Shown here: positions 9,874 to 19,836 of the stretch, piece after piece | Numbering within the stretch: the first letter of the stretch is position 1 | Layout of the letters: every line of letters begins with the position of its first letter | From: a virus | Lineage: Duplodnaviria > Caudoviricetes | Length of the DNA: 64,000 bases | Strand: one strand, 5' to 3' | IMG/VR virus record: IMGVR_UViG_3300032247_000581 | Span: 31,921 to 95,920 of that record | Made by a program: the position numbers and the translations under genes | Notes under the pieces: model-generated | Database searches by the model: none | Seen by the model: the letters and a program-made list of their open reading frames with translations, nothing else | Told to the model about the DNA's origin: nothing

Positions 9874-11148
9874 CTATAACTCAGGGGTTGTAGGGGTAAA
9901 ACACTCTTTGTTACGGGTAACTAACTCTGGGTTTACCCATATCTGGTCTTGCATCTTATCTCCCCATTCATGGGAAGTATCTACCAACACAAACCCATGG
10001 GAGCGCATAAATTCAGCTATCTTTTCACCTGTTACATGCTCTGGGTGTAGTTGGATGCTTTCAGTCTCTAGGTGGAAAATTTTTACATCTTTGAGTCTAT
10101 CTCCAAAGCCTTGGAGTACTTGCCATGAGTAGCCTTCAGTATCAATCTTGACTACATCAATAGTTCCCATATCCCCTGTCTTTACTAGAAGGGTATCTAA
10201 GCGAGATGTAGGAACGGTAATCTCTTTGGTCTTTCCTTCATAAAAGGATGCTGGTGGGTCTATGGAGGTATCTTTACTAAAGATAGATGAGGTGCCTAAA
10301 ACCTCTATGTTATCTGTTATTACCTGATTAAAGGTTATCTCCCCATCTGTATCAGTAATGGCGCATTGATATGCATACATCCATGGGTAGTTAGTTTTAA
10401 CAATCTCATAGCATTTAGGGTTTGCATCTACGGCTATAACTTTTGTGCCTTGTAGCTCTTTATAAAGATAGTGCGCATCATTTCCATCTCTAGTTCCTAT
10501 ATCAATAACAAGAGGGGCTTTAGCGCCAAAATATTTACGATAGTTGGTTATTACTGGTTCTAGTGGGTTTATATACTCTGGAGTATCGTCAATAGTATTG
10601 AGGTTATTATGAATAGCGTTTCTATACACATAATGAATATCTTCTTTGAGTAGCTCTTTCATTATAGTAATTGAGTCATCTTTACGACCTACCCACCAAC
10701 CACTGACTGCTTTTTCAAAGCGCAATCCATACTCACCTGGATAATCTACCCAAACAGGAAGTGGTCCACATTTAATGGCGCCAAATGATAATCCAACCTC
10801 TGCCATAGAGTAGGACTCTTGCCATTTTTGATTTCTTTCATACCAACGAGATAGTAAGAACCATGCTTCAGGTCTAGAAGGAAGGTATGCAATAGCCTTG
10901 AGATAAAGGTTAACTACTGTAGCCTCTCTGTTTTTCTGGCTACTAAAACAATGTGCTGATTTTAATAGAGCAGCGTATACATGCTCTGGGTGTGAGTAAT
11001 ATCCATACTCTGCGGTGCGTAAATAGAAAGAGACAGCAGATGCGGTCTGCCCAATATTTTCATACTCAGTGGCGATATTAAGGCTTAATACTGGGTTAAA
11101 AGGGTCGTTAGAGAGCGTGATAATAAGGCTATTAATACGGTTATACAT
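9874..11148 (-). CDS. TPR-like domain fused to FkbM-family methyltransferase
   Basis: N-terminal helical repeats (P.R.EAWFLL); VIDIG, AVDANP and VVKIDTEG FkbM motifs. Confidence 0.75.
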   Translation of the reverse strand: MYNRINSLIITLSNDPFNPVLSLNIATEYENIGQTASAVSFYLRTAEYGYYSHPEHVYAALLKSAHCFSSQKNREATVVNLYLKAIAYLPSRPEAWFLLSRWYERNQKWQESYSMAEVGLSFGAIKCGPLPVWVDYPGEYGLRFEKAVSGWWVGRKDDSITIMKELLKEDIHYVYRNAIHNNLNTIDDTPEYINPLEPVITNYRKYFGAKAPLVIDIGTRDGNDAHYLYKELQGTKVIAVDANPKCYEIVKTNYPWMYAYQCAITDTDGEITFNQVITDNIEVLGTSSIFSKDTSIDPPASFYEGKTKEITVPTSRLDTLLVKTGDMGTIDVVKIDTEGYSWQVLQGFGDRLKDVKIFHLETESIQLHPEHVTGEKIAEFMRSHGFVLVDTSHEWGDKMQDQIWVNPELVTRNKECFTPTTPEL

Positions 11149-12139
11149 TAAGCGCCTCTTCAATCATTGTATTAACAACGTCTTTGGGGACCTCAAGAAC
11201 AAATGCGGCGTTATCAACAAACCCAAAACTAATAAGAAGGTTTTCATTATGAACAGCAGCTCCTGCAGCAAACTCAATTTGACCATCTAAAAAAGACCAA
11301 GACTCAGGAGAGACTCCAACAAGGTTAAACTCTTTATCCCATACGCATAGACGGTGACGATAAGTGCCGTTTTTTTGCTTTAAATAATTTTTAAATAAAA
11401 CAACTTCATGTGTAATAGCAAGGTAGTAATCTCCCCAGTTAACAAGTTGAGAACCGCCACGTTGGTCAGCGTTTACAACCTTACCTGGGGTAACAACAAC
11501 CTGTTCACACACAGGATTATCTGGGTTAGCTTTTACTACCTCTGTAGGAGATGTCCATTTGATGTAGTGAAACTCTTTATCAAGGACAGGCATCCAGTTT
11601 TTTTCACAATATGAATTCTCATCTATTGGAGCTGGGATACGGGTGCGCTTAACTTCTTTAGCAGTCCACTTCTTCTTATCAATTTTTAGCTCTGATAACT
11701 CCATACGGCCTTGACCGTTGGTAGTGGTATCTCTACGAACACCTGTGGCATAGTATTTTCCGCCCCATTTAACTAGGCGTGCATCTTCTTCTCCTACAAA
11801 TGTCCATATAGGTTTAACATCTAATTTAGTAGTGTCAATAAGAGTGTAATTAATAATATTGTAATCTTTATCAAGGCGGCAAAAATAATTAGCAGTAACT
11901 AGGCGCTGGTCTTCTTCTGGGTGTAGATAAGATAACGGCCCCCAAATACTGGGAAAACGTTGGTCATTTTCTGAGTGATAAAGCGTATAATTTATGTGGC
12001 GCAGAATACAAAGAATATCCCCATCTTCATCTATAAAGATGGAAGGGTTCATTAAGCCAGTGCCGTTAGTAACTTCTGCAGGAATGATAAGCGGTCTTAA
12101 TTTACCGCCGTTTTGCACCGATTTTTGAACCAAATTCAT
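11141..12139 (-). CDS. Five-bladed beta-propeller glycosylase-like protein
   Basis: MNPSI, GEEDARL, EKNWMP, RGGSQ and IEFAAG motifs; start MNLVQ lies 6 nt after TACAAT. Confidence 0.65.
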   Translation of the reverse strand: MNLVQKSVQNGGKLRPLIIPAEVTNGTGLMNPSIFIDEDGDILCILRHINYTLYHSENDQRFPSIWGPLSYLHPEEDQRLVTANYFCRLDKDYNIINYTLIDTTKLDVKPIWTFVGEEDARLVKWGGKYYATGVRRDTTTNGQGRMELSELKIDKKKWTAKEVKRTRIPAPIDENSYCEKNWMPVLDKEFHYIKWTSPTEVVKANPDNPVCEQVVVTPGKVVNADQRGGSQLVNWGDYYLAITHEVVLFKNYLKQKNGTYRHRLCVWDKEFNLVGVSPESWSFLDGQIEFAAGAAVHNENLLISFGFVDNAAFVLEVPKDVVNTMIEEALNV

Positions 12140-12153
12140 AAACGAATTGTAGC

Positions 12154-14547
12154 CTACATTCCACCTAACATGAAGACAGTAGGAGTCGCGTCGGCTGCTG
12201 CTGCTGCCCATTGAGTACCAGAACCTGTAGAGGTCAATACATATCCGTTAGTACCTGCTGAACCACCTGCTGTCAGAGTTCCTGTAACAGTAAGGTTAGA
12301 GATTGTTGGGGCAGTAAGAGTCTTATTGGTGAGAGTCTGTGACGCTGTAAGAGTTGCGATAGTGTCAGAGCCGACCTTTGCTGCTCCACCAGTTGCTGTG
12401 ATAGTTACATCACCTGTTGCAGTAAGGTTGAGTGGGTAGCCGCTTGTAAGAGTTACCGCTCCTGTAGTTCCGTTAACATCGATAGTATTGTTAGAACCAC
12501 CAGCACCGCTTCCGCTCTGGAAGTAGACAGGACCTTTAAGTGTTGGGCTTGTACCAAATACTAGAGAACCAGAACCAGTTTCATCTGTAACCGCTGTTGT
12601 TAAGTTTGCAGATGTTGGAGTAGTTAAGAAATTTTGTACACCTGTACCTAAAGCAAATGAGAATCCGCCTTGAGTACCCTGGGTTCCCTGAGAACCTGTA
12701 GCGCCTTGAGTTCCAGTTGCACCTTGTGTGCCTGTTGTGCCCTGAGCACCTGTAGTACCTTGAGCACCAGTAGTTCCTGTGGTTCCCTGTGTACCAATAG
12801 AGCCTTGAATACCTTGTGCACCTGTTGTACCAGTAGTTCCCTGAGTTCCAGTAGAGCCTTGAGTACCTGTAGCGCCCTGTGTACCAGTAGTACCAGTGGC
12901 TCCTTGAGCTCCAGTGGTGCCTTGAGCACCGATAGTGCCTTGTGCACCAGTTGTACCCTGTGTACCAGTAGTTCCTTGTGTACCTGTTGCGCCTTGTGTA
13001 CCAGTGTTTCCTTGTGTACCTGTAGAACCTTGTGTTCCTTGAGCTCCAGTGTTACCAGTAGTGCCTTGTGCACCTGTAGTGCCCTGTGCTCCTGTTGAAC
13101 CAGTAGCACCTTGTGCTCCAGTCGTACCTTGTGAGCCAGTGGTACCTTGAACTCCTTGAGGACCAGTATTACCTTGAGTACCTTGCGCACCTTGAAGACC
13201 AGTTGTAAAAAGAACTAGTTCAAGAGCAGTTCCCCCAGTAAATGAATTGCTTCCAGAACCGCCGTCACCAACGCTAGTTACTGGAATCTTTACATAACTG
13301 TTAGAAACAACTGTAGGTGAGCCTGTAACTTGAAATGTAATGTAAGTATTTGAATCAGTTCTCTTTTGAATAATAATGTTGTCATATTGTTTTACAAGTC
13401 CCAAATAAACATCAATATCTACGTTTGAATCATTGATGTGGTCTACGTAGAGATATGTTGCAGAGGTTTGTGTTGCATTATTAAACCTTAATTGACCACT
13501 GCCTGGTTTTGTATCTGAAGTAGTTGCATCAAGTGTGTAATTAAAGTTAGAGGTAGAACCACCAGCAGCACCAGTAGTACCTTGTGAACCAGTATTTCCC
13601 GTAGTTCCTTGGATACCTTGTGTACCTGTTGCTCCCTGCGTACCAGTTTGACCTGTAGAGCCTTGTGCTCCAGTTGTACCTTGTGAGCCTGTGATTCCTT
13701 GAGTACCCTGGCTACCAGTAGTACCTTGTGAGCCAGTTGTACCTTGGATACCTTGTGTACCCGTAACACCTTGTGCACCTGTAGAGCCTTGTGTACCAGT
13801 GTTACCAGTTGCACCTTGAGCACCAGTGGCACCTTGTGCGCCAGTAGTTCCTTGTGAGCCAGTGGTGCCTTGTGAGCCTGTGTAGCCCTGAATACCTTGG
13901 ATACCAGTTGTACCTTGAGAACCTGTTGTGCCTGTTGTTCCTTGGGTTCCAATAGTTCCTTGAATTCCCTGAGCACCAATATTACCTGTTGTGCCTTGCG
14001 CCCCTGTGGTTCCTTGAGCTCCTGTGGAGCCTTGTGTACCAGTAGTTCCTTGTGGGCTTTGAATACCCTGAGTTCCTTGAACTCCCTGTGTTCCTTGTGC
14101 ACCAGTACTGCCCTGTGTGCCAGTTGCACCTTGTGTACCAGTAGTGCCTTGGCGTCCTTGTACACCTTGTGTACCTTGCGCTCCTGTTGTTCCTTGAACT
14201 GTTGGAACATTAACATCAATAGTTTGGGCGCCAGAATTATATGTAAATGAGATATTTTGTAATGAACCGCTGTTTAGTGCAGTTGCTACACGTGAATTAG
14301 TAAAGTACTTATTGGTTACACCCTCTGATAAATCATCAGTTGTATTGAGAGCAGCACCAGAAATTAAATTGGCAACTGCTGCTTGGTCAACAAAATACTC
14401 TAGTGAACTCCAGTGTGTGCTGCCGCCTACTCCTACTTTAAGTTTTCCAGTGTCGGTTTCAAAACCAATTTCACCTTCAGAAAGAATAGGATTAGCAGAA
14501 GTCCATTGTGAGGATGTGCCTCTGCGAACTTGAAATTTTGTTGCCAT
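12154..14547 (-). CDS. Collagen-like tail fibre with Mtd/hyaluronidase-type N-terminal anchor
   Basis: QVRRGT..QWTSANPILSEGEIGFETDT N-terminus; long G-X-Q/G-T-T triplet runs. Confidence 0.85.
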   Translation of the reverse strand: MATKFQVRRGTSSQWTSANPILSEGEIGFETDTGKLKVGVGGSTHWSSLEYFVDQAAVANLISGAALNTTDDLSEGVTNKYFTNSRVATALNSGSLQNISFTYNSGAQTIDVNVPTVQGTTGAQGTQGVQGRQGTTGTQGATGTQGSTGAQGTQGVQGTQGIQSPQGTTGTQGSTGAQGTTGAQGTTGNIGAQGIQGTIGTQGTTGTTGSQGTTGIQGIQGYTGSQGTTGSQGTTGAQGATGAQGATGNTGTQGSTGAQGVTGTQGIQGTTGSQGTTGSQGTQGITGSQGTTGAQGSTGQTGTQGATGTQGIQGTTGNTGSQGTTGAAGGSTSNFNYTLDATTSDTKPGSGQLRFNNATQTSATYLYVDHINDSNVDIDVYLGLVKQYDNIIIQKRTDSNTYITFQVTGSPTVVSNSYVKIPVTSVGDGGSGSNSFTGGTALELVLFTTGLQGAQGTQGNTGPQGVQGTTGSQGTTGAQGATGSTGAQGTTGAQGTTGNTGAQGTQGSTGTQGNTGTQGATGTQGTTGTQGTTGAQGTIGAQGTTGAQGATGTTGTQGATGTQGSTGTQGTTGTTGAQGIQGSIGTQGTTGTTGAQGTTGAQGTTGTQGATGTQGATGSQGTQGTQGGFSFALGTGVQNFLTTPTSANLTTAVTDETGSGSLVFGTSPTLKGPVYFQSGSGAGGSNNTIDVNGTTGAVTLTSGYPLNLTATGDVTITATGGAAKVGSDTIATLTASQTLTNKTLTAPTISNLTVTGTLTAGGSAGTNGYVLTSTGSGTQWAAAAADATPTVFMLGGM

Positions 14548-17420
14548 TATGGAGTTCCTCCACTCATTTCCGTAATACCGCCGTAATTAGATGTTGGGGT
14601 ACCACCATCAATATTTCCGTTAGGTATCGCTGTCCAATTACTACCTGTATAAACAAGAACTGATACATCTGAAGTATTAAAGTATACATCGCCAGCGTAC
14701 CGACCAGCGGGTTGGACTCCGCTAGCCAGTACGTTAACTGGGACTAATGACTTTTTACTCATCTGTTATGCGTGGACTACTACTCGATAGGTCTCTCCTG
14801 CAGCAGGAGCTACTGCGAATCCAATAGTCACTGTGTTAGTAGTAATGTAAGTTACATCAGTAACAACTTCCATTGCGCTAGAAATTTCATAGACAGTCAC
14901 TTGAATGTCTGTGGTTCCTAGGTTGTGAGTAAGAGTAAACTCTGTAGCTGAGTATGGAGATGCTGGGGTTATTGTGGTTGCATACTTAGTAACAACCTTT
15001 GTCTTATCAACTCGAAGTCCAGAGCCATCTTCTGCAAGACCAGAGAATGTTGGGTCAAGTTTTACAGAGATTGCATTAGCGGTGATATCAATTCCGTTAC
15101 CAGCGGTATATTCACCAGCGGCTGAGAACTGTGTCCAAGTAGATGCTCCAGCAGCATATGCTGTAACAATCCAACCTTGAGTAGCGTGGTCACCTTCTGT
15201 TGCTAATGTGTACGAGCCCTCTTTAATATCTGCATCTTCAGCATTTGTACTCTTTACAAGAGTTGTTGTTCCAGAGTTGTAGATATAGATACCGTTTTCA
15301 GTAGCTGTAACCTGGTTCTTAAGAAGAACACGGTCATTGTTAGAAAGAGTTACTCCACCAACTGCTGTTACTGAGGTTAGGTTAGATACGTTTGCGCTAG
15401 ACATTGTTCGGACTGAACCGATTACAAAGAGTCCCTTAGCAACTGAATCTACATAAGACTTAGAGGCAATTGTTGTAGTATCAACAGAAAGCTCTCCGCC
15501 ACCTGATAGTGATAGACCAGAACCAACGCTTAGAATTCCAGCGTTTTGTCCTTGGATACCCTGTGTACCCTGGGTACCAGTGGTTCCTTGAGCACCTGTG
15601 TAACCTTGGATTCCCTGAGTTCCAGTAGCACCTTGTGCTCCTGTGTAACCCTGGATTCCTTGAATACCTTGAGTACCCTGAGTTCCTTGAGTACCAGTGG
15701 TTCCTTGGCTACCAGTTGTACCTTGAGCGCCTGTGTAACCTTGTAGGCCTTGCTCACCTTGTACGCCTTGTAGACCTTGAACTCCTTGTGAACCTGTAGC
15801 ACCTTGTGTACCAGTTGTTCCCTGGCTACCAGTGGTTCCTTGGCTACCAGTTGTTCCCTGTGTGCCTTGAGTTCCTGTTGCACCCTGAGTACCAGTTGTA
15901 CCTTGGCTGCCTGTAGTACCTTGTGAACCAGTAGTACCTTGTGCACCTGTTGTACCCTGTACACCAGTTGCTCCATCAAGGTTAATTGTCCAATAAGAGT
16001 ATGTTCCAGAACCTGTTGAATCTTTAACAGTAAAATCAAGCGTTCCATATGTGGAGTTATATCCAGTTACTGTTGCGTGCATTAAATGAGTTGCATCATA
16101 GGCAACTACAATGTCTTGTCCTACTGAATAAGAAAGACCTGTATCAACTGTAAAGCTAACTGAACCACTACTTACAATAGCTTGTGAGTTAGCAGATGAT
16201 GTTTTGTAACGGTCAGATTGGCCCTGGATACCTTGTGTACCTTGTGTTCCATCAAAGCCTTGAGTACCCTGAATACCTTGGGTTCCCTGGGTTCCCTGTG
16301 AGCCAGTATTACCCTGTGTGCCTTGTGTACCTTGAGTACCTTGTGAACCAGTATTACCCTGAGTACCAGTAGTTCCCTGTGAACCTGTAGTACCTTGGCT
16401 TCCTGTTGTACCTTGTGCACCAGTGTAACCCTGGAGACCATCTGTACCTTGAACGCCTTGTAATCCTTGAACACCGTTTGTACCTTGTGAGCCAGTGTTA
16501 CCAGTTGCACCTTGTGTACCAGTATTACCTTGTAAACCTTGAATACCTTGTGAACCAGTTGTTCCTTGTGAACCTACTGTTCCTTGGACACCCTGTAATC
16601 CTTGAATACCTTGCGCACCATTGTAGCCTTGAGTACCTTGGCTACCAATAGTTCCTTGTGTACCTTGTGTACCAGTATCACCAACGTGACCTTGGATACC
16701 TTGTGTACCTTGTACACCTGTAGCACCGTCAAGGTTTACTGTCCAGTCTGCATATGTACCTGAACCAACAACGTCTTTAACATCTACAACAAGAGTGTTG
16801 GTACCAGATGTATAACTTACTACAGTTGCATGAAGAAGATTTACACTGTCATGTGCAATTACAACATCTTGACCTACTGAGTATGAAAGGTCTGCGTCAG
16901 CTAATACAAATGAAACTCCATTTGCTACTGTAAGTGAGCGTGATGTAGTTGAGGTGGTCTTGTATCGGTCGCTATGTCCTTGAACACCCTGTGAACCAGT
17001 TGTACCTTGAGCACCAGTGGTGCCTTGCGCTCCTGTAGTTCCCTGTGTGCCAGTAGTTCCCTGCGAACCAATTGTTCCTTGAGTACCTTGGGCACCAGTA
17101 GTTCCTTGAGCACCAGTTGTGCCTTGAGTTCCTGTTGTTCCTTGGCTACCTGTTGTTCCTTGAGAACCTGTTGTACCTTGCGCTCCGTCTGCACCAATGT
17201 AACCTGCAGTACCTTGCGCACCTGTTGTACCCTGCGAACCTGTTGTACCTTGCGTTCCAGTAGTACCTTGAGAACCAGTGGTTCCCTGTGTTCCTGTTGT
17301 TCCTTGTGAGCCTGTTGTTCCTTGGGTACCAGTTGTACCTTGCGTACCAGTTGTGCCTTGTGAACCTGTTGTACCCTGGCTACCAGTTGTGCCTTGAGTA
17401 CCAGTTGTACCTTGTGCACC
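12660..17420. repeat. Coding 9/18-nt collagen tandem repeats (QGTTG)
   Basis: Many accttgtg/ccagttgt units, in blocks interrupted by globular domains. Confidence 0.85.
14547..14762 (-). CDS. Small fibre-like protein
   Basis: GDVYFNT...YTGSNW and IDGG motifs. Confidence 0.55.
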   Translation of the reverse strand: MSKKSLVPVNVLASGVQPAGRYAGDVYFNTSDVSVLVYTGSNWTAIPNGNIDGGTPTSNYGGITEMSGGTP

Positions 17421-17594
17421 TGTGCTTGTGTTAATCCAAGCAGTACCATTCCATGAACGAAGGTATCCAAGTGCTGTGTCAAAGTAGATTTGACCAACAA
17501 CGGGTGACGCTGGTGGCGAGGCTAAATTTTGAACGCGAGCATTTTGAAGCTCAAGCTTATTTAAATCAATTGGGGTAAGGAACTTACGTGCCAT
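14766..17594 (-). CDS. Collagen-like fibre protein with an internally duplicated globular domain
   Basis: G-X-Y repeats; the SDRYKT...LSYSVGQD...LDGATGVQG domain occurs twice. Confidence 0.85.
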   Translation of the reverse strand: MARKFLTPIDLNKLELQNARVQNLASPPASPVVGQIYFDTALGYLRSWNGTAWINTSTGAQGTTGTQGTTGSQGTTGSQGTTGTQGTTGTQGTTGSQGTTGTQGTTGSQGTTGTQGTTGSQGTTGAQGTAGYIGADGAQGTTGSQGTTGSQGTTGTQGTTGAQGTTGAQGTQGTIGSQGTTGTQGTTGAQGTTGAQGTTGSQGVQGHSDRYKTTSTTSRSLTVANGVSFVLADADLSYSVGQDVVIAHDSVNLLHATVVSYTSGTNTLVVDVKDVVGSGTYADWTVNLDGATGVQGTQGIQGHVGDTGTQGTQGTIGSQGTQGYNGAQGIQGLQGVQGTVGSQGTTGSQGIQGLQGNTGTQGATGNTGSQGTNGVQGLQGVQGTDGLQGYTGAQGTTGSQGTTGSQGTTGTQGNTGSQGTQGTQGTQGNTGSQGTQGTQGIQGTQGFDGTQGTQGIQGQSDRYKTSSANSQAIVSSGSVSFTVDTGLSYSVGQDIVVAYDATHLMHATVTGYNSTYGTLDFTVKDSTGSGTYSYWTINLDGATGVQGTTGAQGTTGSQGTTGSQGTTGTQGATGTQGTQGTTGSQGTTGSQGTTGTQGATGSQGVQGLQGVQGEQGLQGYTGAQGTTGSQGTTGTQGTQGTQGIQGIQGYTGAQGATGTQGIQGYTGAQGTTGTQGTQGIQGQNAGILSVGSGLSLSGGGELSVDTTTIASKSYVDSVAKGLFVIGSVRTMSSANVSNLTSVTAVGGVTLSNNDRVLLKNQVTATENGIYIYNSGTTTLVKSTNAEDADIKEGSYTLATEGDHATQGWIVTAYAAGASTWTQFSAAGEYTAGNGIDITANAISVKLDPTFSGLAEDGSGLRVDKTKVVTKYATTITPASPYSATEFTLTHNLGTTDIQVTVYEISSAMEVVTDVTYITTNTVTIGFAVAPAAGETYRVVVHA

Positions 17595-17608
17595 TTATTT
17601 TATCTCCT

Positions 17609-18235
17609 TTAAGATAAATATGCTTTCCCAGAGAAAGCGGATGAAAAGGTGACCGTAAGTGAGTCCGAATTAGTGTATGTAATTTCGCCTTCGTAAATAG
17701 TACCAGCGGAATCTTGAACTGTAAGGTTAGGATAAAAACCTAAATTGTGATTTATTGTCCAGGTAGCACTTGAGACTCCCTGGGTGTGAGTATAGGCAAC
17801 TCTTGCTGTTGTAAAGTACTTGTTTGTAGTACCTTCAACAAGGTCATCTGTAGAACCGAGGGCAGCGCCTGCAATAGCGTTTGCTAGTTGTTGAAGAGTT
17901 ACTCCCCCGCCGTTTGTTCCCTGTACACCTTGGGTACCAGTAGCACCTTGGATACCCTGTGTTCCTTGGATATTGCCAGCATTAGTCCAAGTATTTGAGC
18001 TCCATACATACAAAGTTCCGCCACCTATGAGGTAAGCATCCCCTTGAGTCCCAGTTGGGTGAGCGGCTACTAAAGCAGAGTATGTGGCATAAGAACCAAG
18101 AATGTTAATTCCTGTACCGATGCGGCCTTGAAGACCTTGTACACCTTGAACACCCTTAGGACCGCCTTGACCAACTCTTACAACAATTGGTTGTGCCGTG
18201 CAGGTACACGTTCCGATGCAATTACAGTTAGCCAA
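17609..18235 (-). CDS. Short collagen-containing structural protein
   Basis: QG repeats; TDDL.EG.TNKYFT motif shared with 12154..14547. Confidence 0.7.
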   Translation of the reverse strand: MANCNCIGTCTCTAQPIVVRVGQGGPKGVQGVQGLQGRIGTGINILGSYATYSALVAAHPTGTQGDAYLIGGGTLYVWSSNTWTNAGNIQGTQGIQGATGTQGVQGTNGGGVTLQQLANAIAGAALGSTDDLVEGTTNKYFTTARVAYTHTQGVSSATWTINHNLGFYPNLTVQDSAGTIYEGEITYTNSDSLTVTFSSAFSGKAYLS

Positions 18236-19292
18236 GTGTTACCTCCTGTGTTGTAAATACCTGACCTCTTAAGTATGTTGCTTCATACGTTGTGTCAGTT
18301 GGGTCTGTTGCTTGTAAATCCCAAAAAGCACGAGGAGGCATATATTCTGTATCTTTTTTAGTAAGTGAAAGGCGAACTTTACTTAAAGTCTCTGATGTAG
18401 AGATAGTGGTAACAGTAAACGTTGCATAAAGTGAAGGTGCATTTGGATAGGTGCGAATTTGCGCCTTAAATACAAGACCAGTGGTATCAAATGGAAAGTC
18501 AATCTCTTCGCTATATGAATCTCCTTGATACAAAGTTATGTCTTGAACAGCAACATAACTAGGAAACGGCGTACGGCCATTTAAATCATTTTGAATATAA
18601 ACGCGCTCTGGTCTGCGTGAGTCATCAATTTCTTGTGCCATATAAACAGGAACAAGTTTATTAGTAATACGAGAAATTCTGCGTAGGGTACCCATCTCAA
18701 TACGCCAAAGGCCAATATTAAGAGCAGAGCAAAGCTGATGGTATTGTTCCCATCGCGCTTGAATAGTCTGTGTGAGTTGACGATAGCGTTCTGAGCGTGG
18801 GATAGAAACTCCATCAGGGGCGTTAATATCAATATCAAATGATGCATCTGTTGCCAACGCCCATAGCGCTTCAATAGTTGCAAGAATAGCAATTGGATAC
18901 TCTTCAACAGCTGGAATAAGATTAACTGTCATTTGACTACCTAAACCATTTGTACGGTTATAAGTATGTTGCTCTACCGCTGTATTAACAAATGTACAAA
19001 TATCATCATCTGTAAAATATCTAAATGAAATACCTGATATTAAAATTGGAGCGTTTGCAGCTGGAGTATGGACAAAGTGGATAACACCTAAATCTGCCTC
19101 TACTGTATATCCAGTTGGAAAAGCAACTGGGCTGCCATTAAGATATACCCCTAGAGTATAAACATCGATAGGGTGAATTCCTAAAGGAAAATCTGAGGTA
19201 GAACCGTCGCCAGTAAAAGCCAATGAAAACTGCTTTGGCTGGTCTCCCAGCTCTAAACGAACGCGGGATGTTAGGTCAGAAAGAACTGCCAC
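18228..19292 (-). CDS. Virion structural protein (head-tail connector/adaptor-like)
   Basis: Position after the capsid genes; RVRLELGD...YFTDDDI adaptor-like motif. Confidence 0.5.
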   Translation of the reverse strand: MAVLSDLTSRVRLELGDQPKQFSLAFTGDGSTSDFPLGIHPIDVYTLGVYLNGSPVAFPTGYTVEADLGVIHFVHTPAANAPILISGISFRYFTDDDICTFVNTAVEQHTYNRTNGLGSQMTVNLIPAVEEYPIAILATIEALWALATDASFDIDINAPDGVSIPRSERYRQLTQTIQARWEQYHQLCSALNIGLWRIEMGTLRRISRITNKLVPVYMAQEIDDSRRPERVYIQNDLNGRTPFPSYVAVQDITLYQGDSYSEEIDFPFDTTGLVFKAQIRTYPNAPSLYATFTVTTISTSETLSKVRLSLTKKDTEYMPPRAFWDLQATDPTDTTYEATYLRGQVFTTQEVTLG

Positions 19293-19399
19293 ATAAACTC
19301 CCTTACTACGGTAGAACTAATGATGGCGCTAAAGGCCAAAAAAATCTCTGTATAACGAAAACAGCGGGCACTAGGCCCGCCGCTCCGCCGATAAATAGC

Positions 19400-19762
19400 T
19401 TAGATAACTCCAGCTAGATAACCTTTTTCTTGAAGGTGTTGAGCAACATGCTTAGTAACTTTGTACTTTTGTCCTGCTTTAAAGTTGTAATTATTTCCTG
19501 AGCCAAGAGTCATATTTTCAATGTCTTCAATAACTCGAATAACTACTTCAGCATCATCACTTACTACTGTAGGTTCATCTACAATAACTGTTTGACGGTC
19601 TGGCTTAGTTGCATCAATTACTTCTGTTTCTAACTTAATCTTAGCCTCGGCTGTAGCCATAGACATAGAGTTAGCTTTTTCTTGCATTTCTTCGAGGTTA
19701 GCTGTGACCATAGCATCGCGCTTGCGTCCTGTAACATCGGCGGGCTTTGACTTTGTTGCCAT
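19400..19762 (-). CDS. Head-associated hypothetical protein
   Basis: Immediately downstream of the major capsid gene; GGAG RBS. Confidence 0.6.
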   Translation of the reverse strand: MATKSKPADVTGRKRDAMVTANLEEMQEKANSMSMATAEAKIKLETEVIDATKPDRQTVIVDEPTVVSDDAEVVIRVIEDIENMTLGSGNNYNFKAGQKYKVTKHVAQHLQEKGYLAGVI

Positions 19763-19796
19763 TTAATTTTTCTCCAATTTAGTAACTCGGTTAATT

Positions 19797-19824
19797 AGAG
19801 GGGGGCCGAAGCCCCCCTCCCTCT
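19797..19824 (-). terminator. Hairpin after major capsid gene
   Basis: gaggggg-gccgaagc-ccccctc stem with a UUCG loop on the minus strand. Confidence 0.6.
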
Positions 19825-19836
19825 GCTAAGTGTTTA

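Noticed and set aside
12648-17500. Long alternative-frame and antisense ORFs (HKVLLV- and CTLST-rich)
   Set aside because: Shadows of the periodic collagen codons, with no RBS or independent signal
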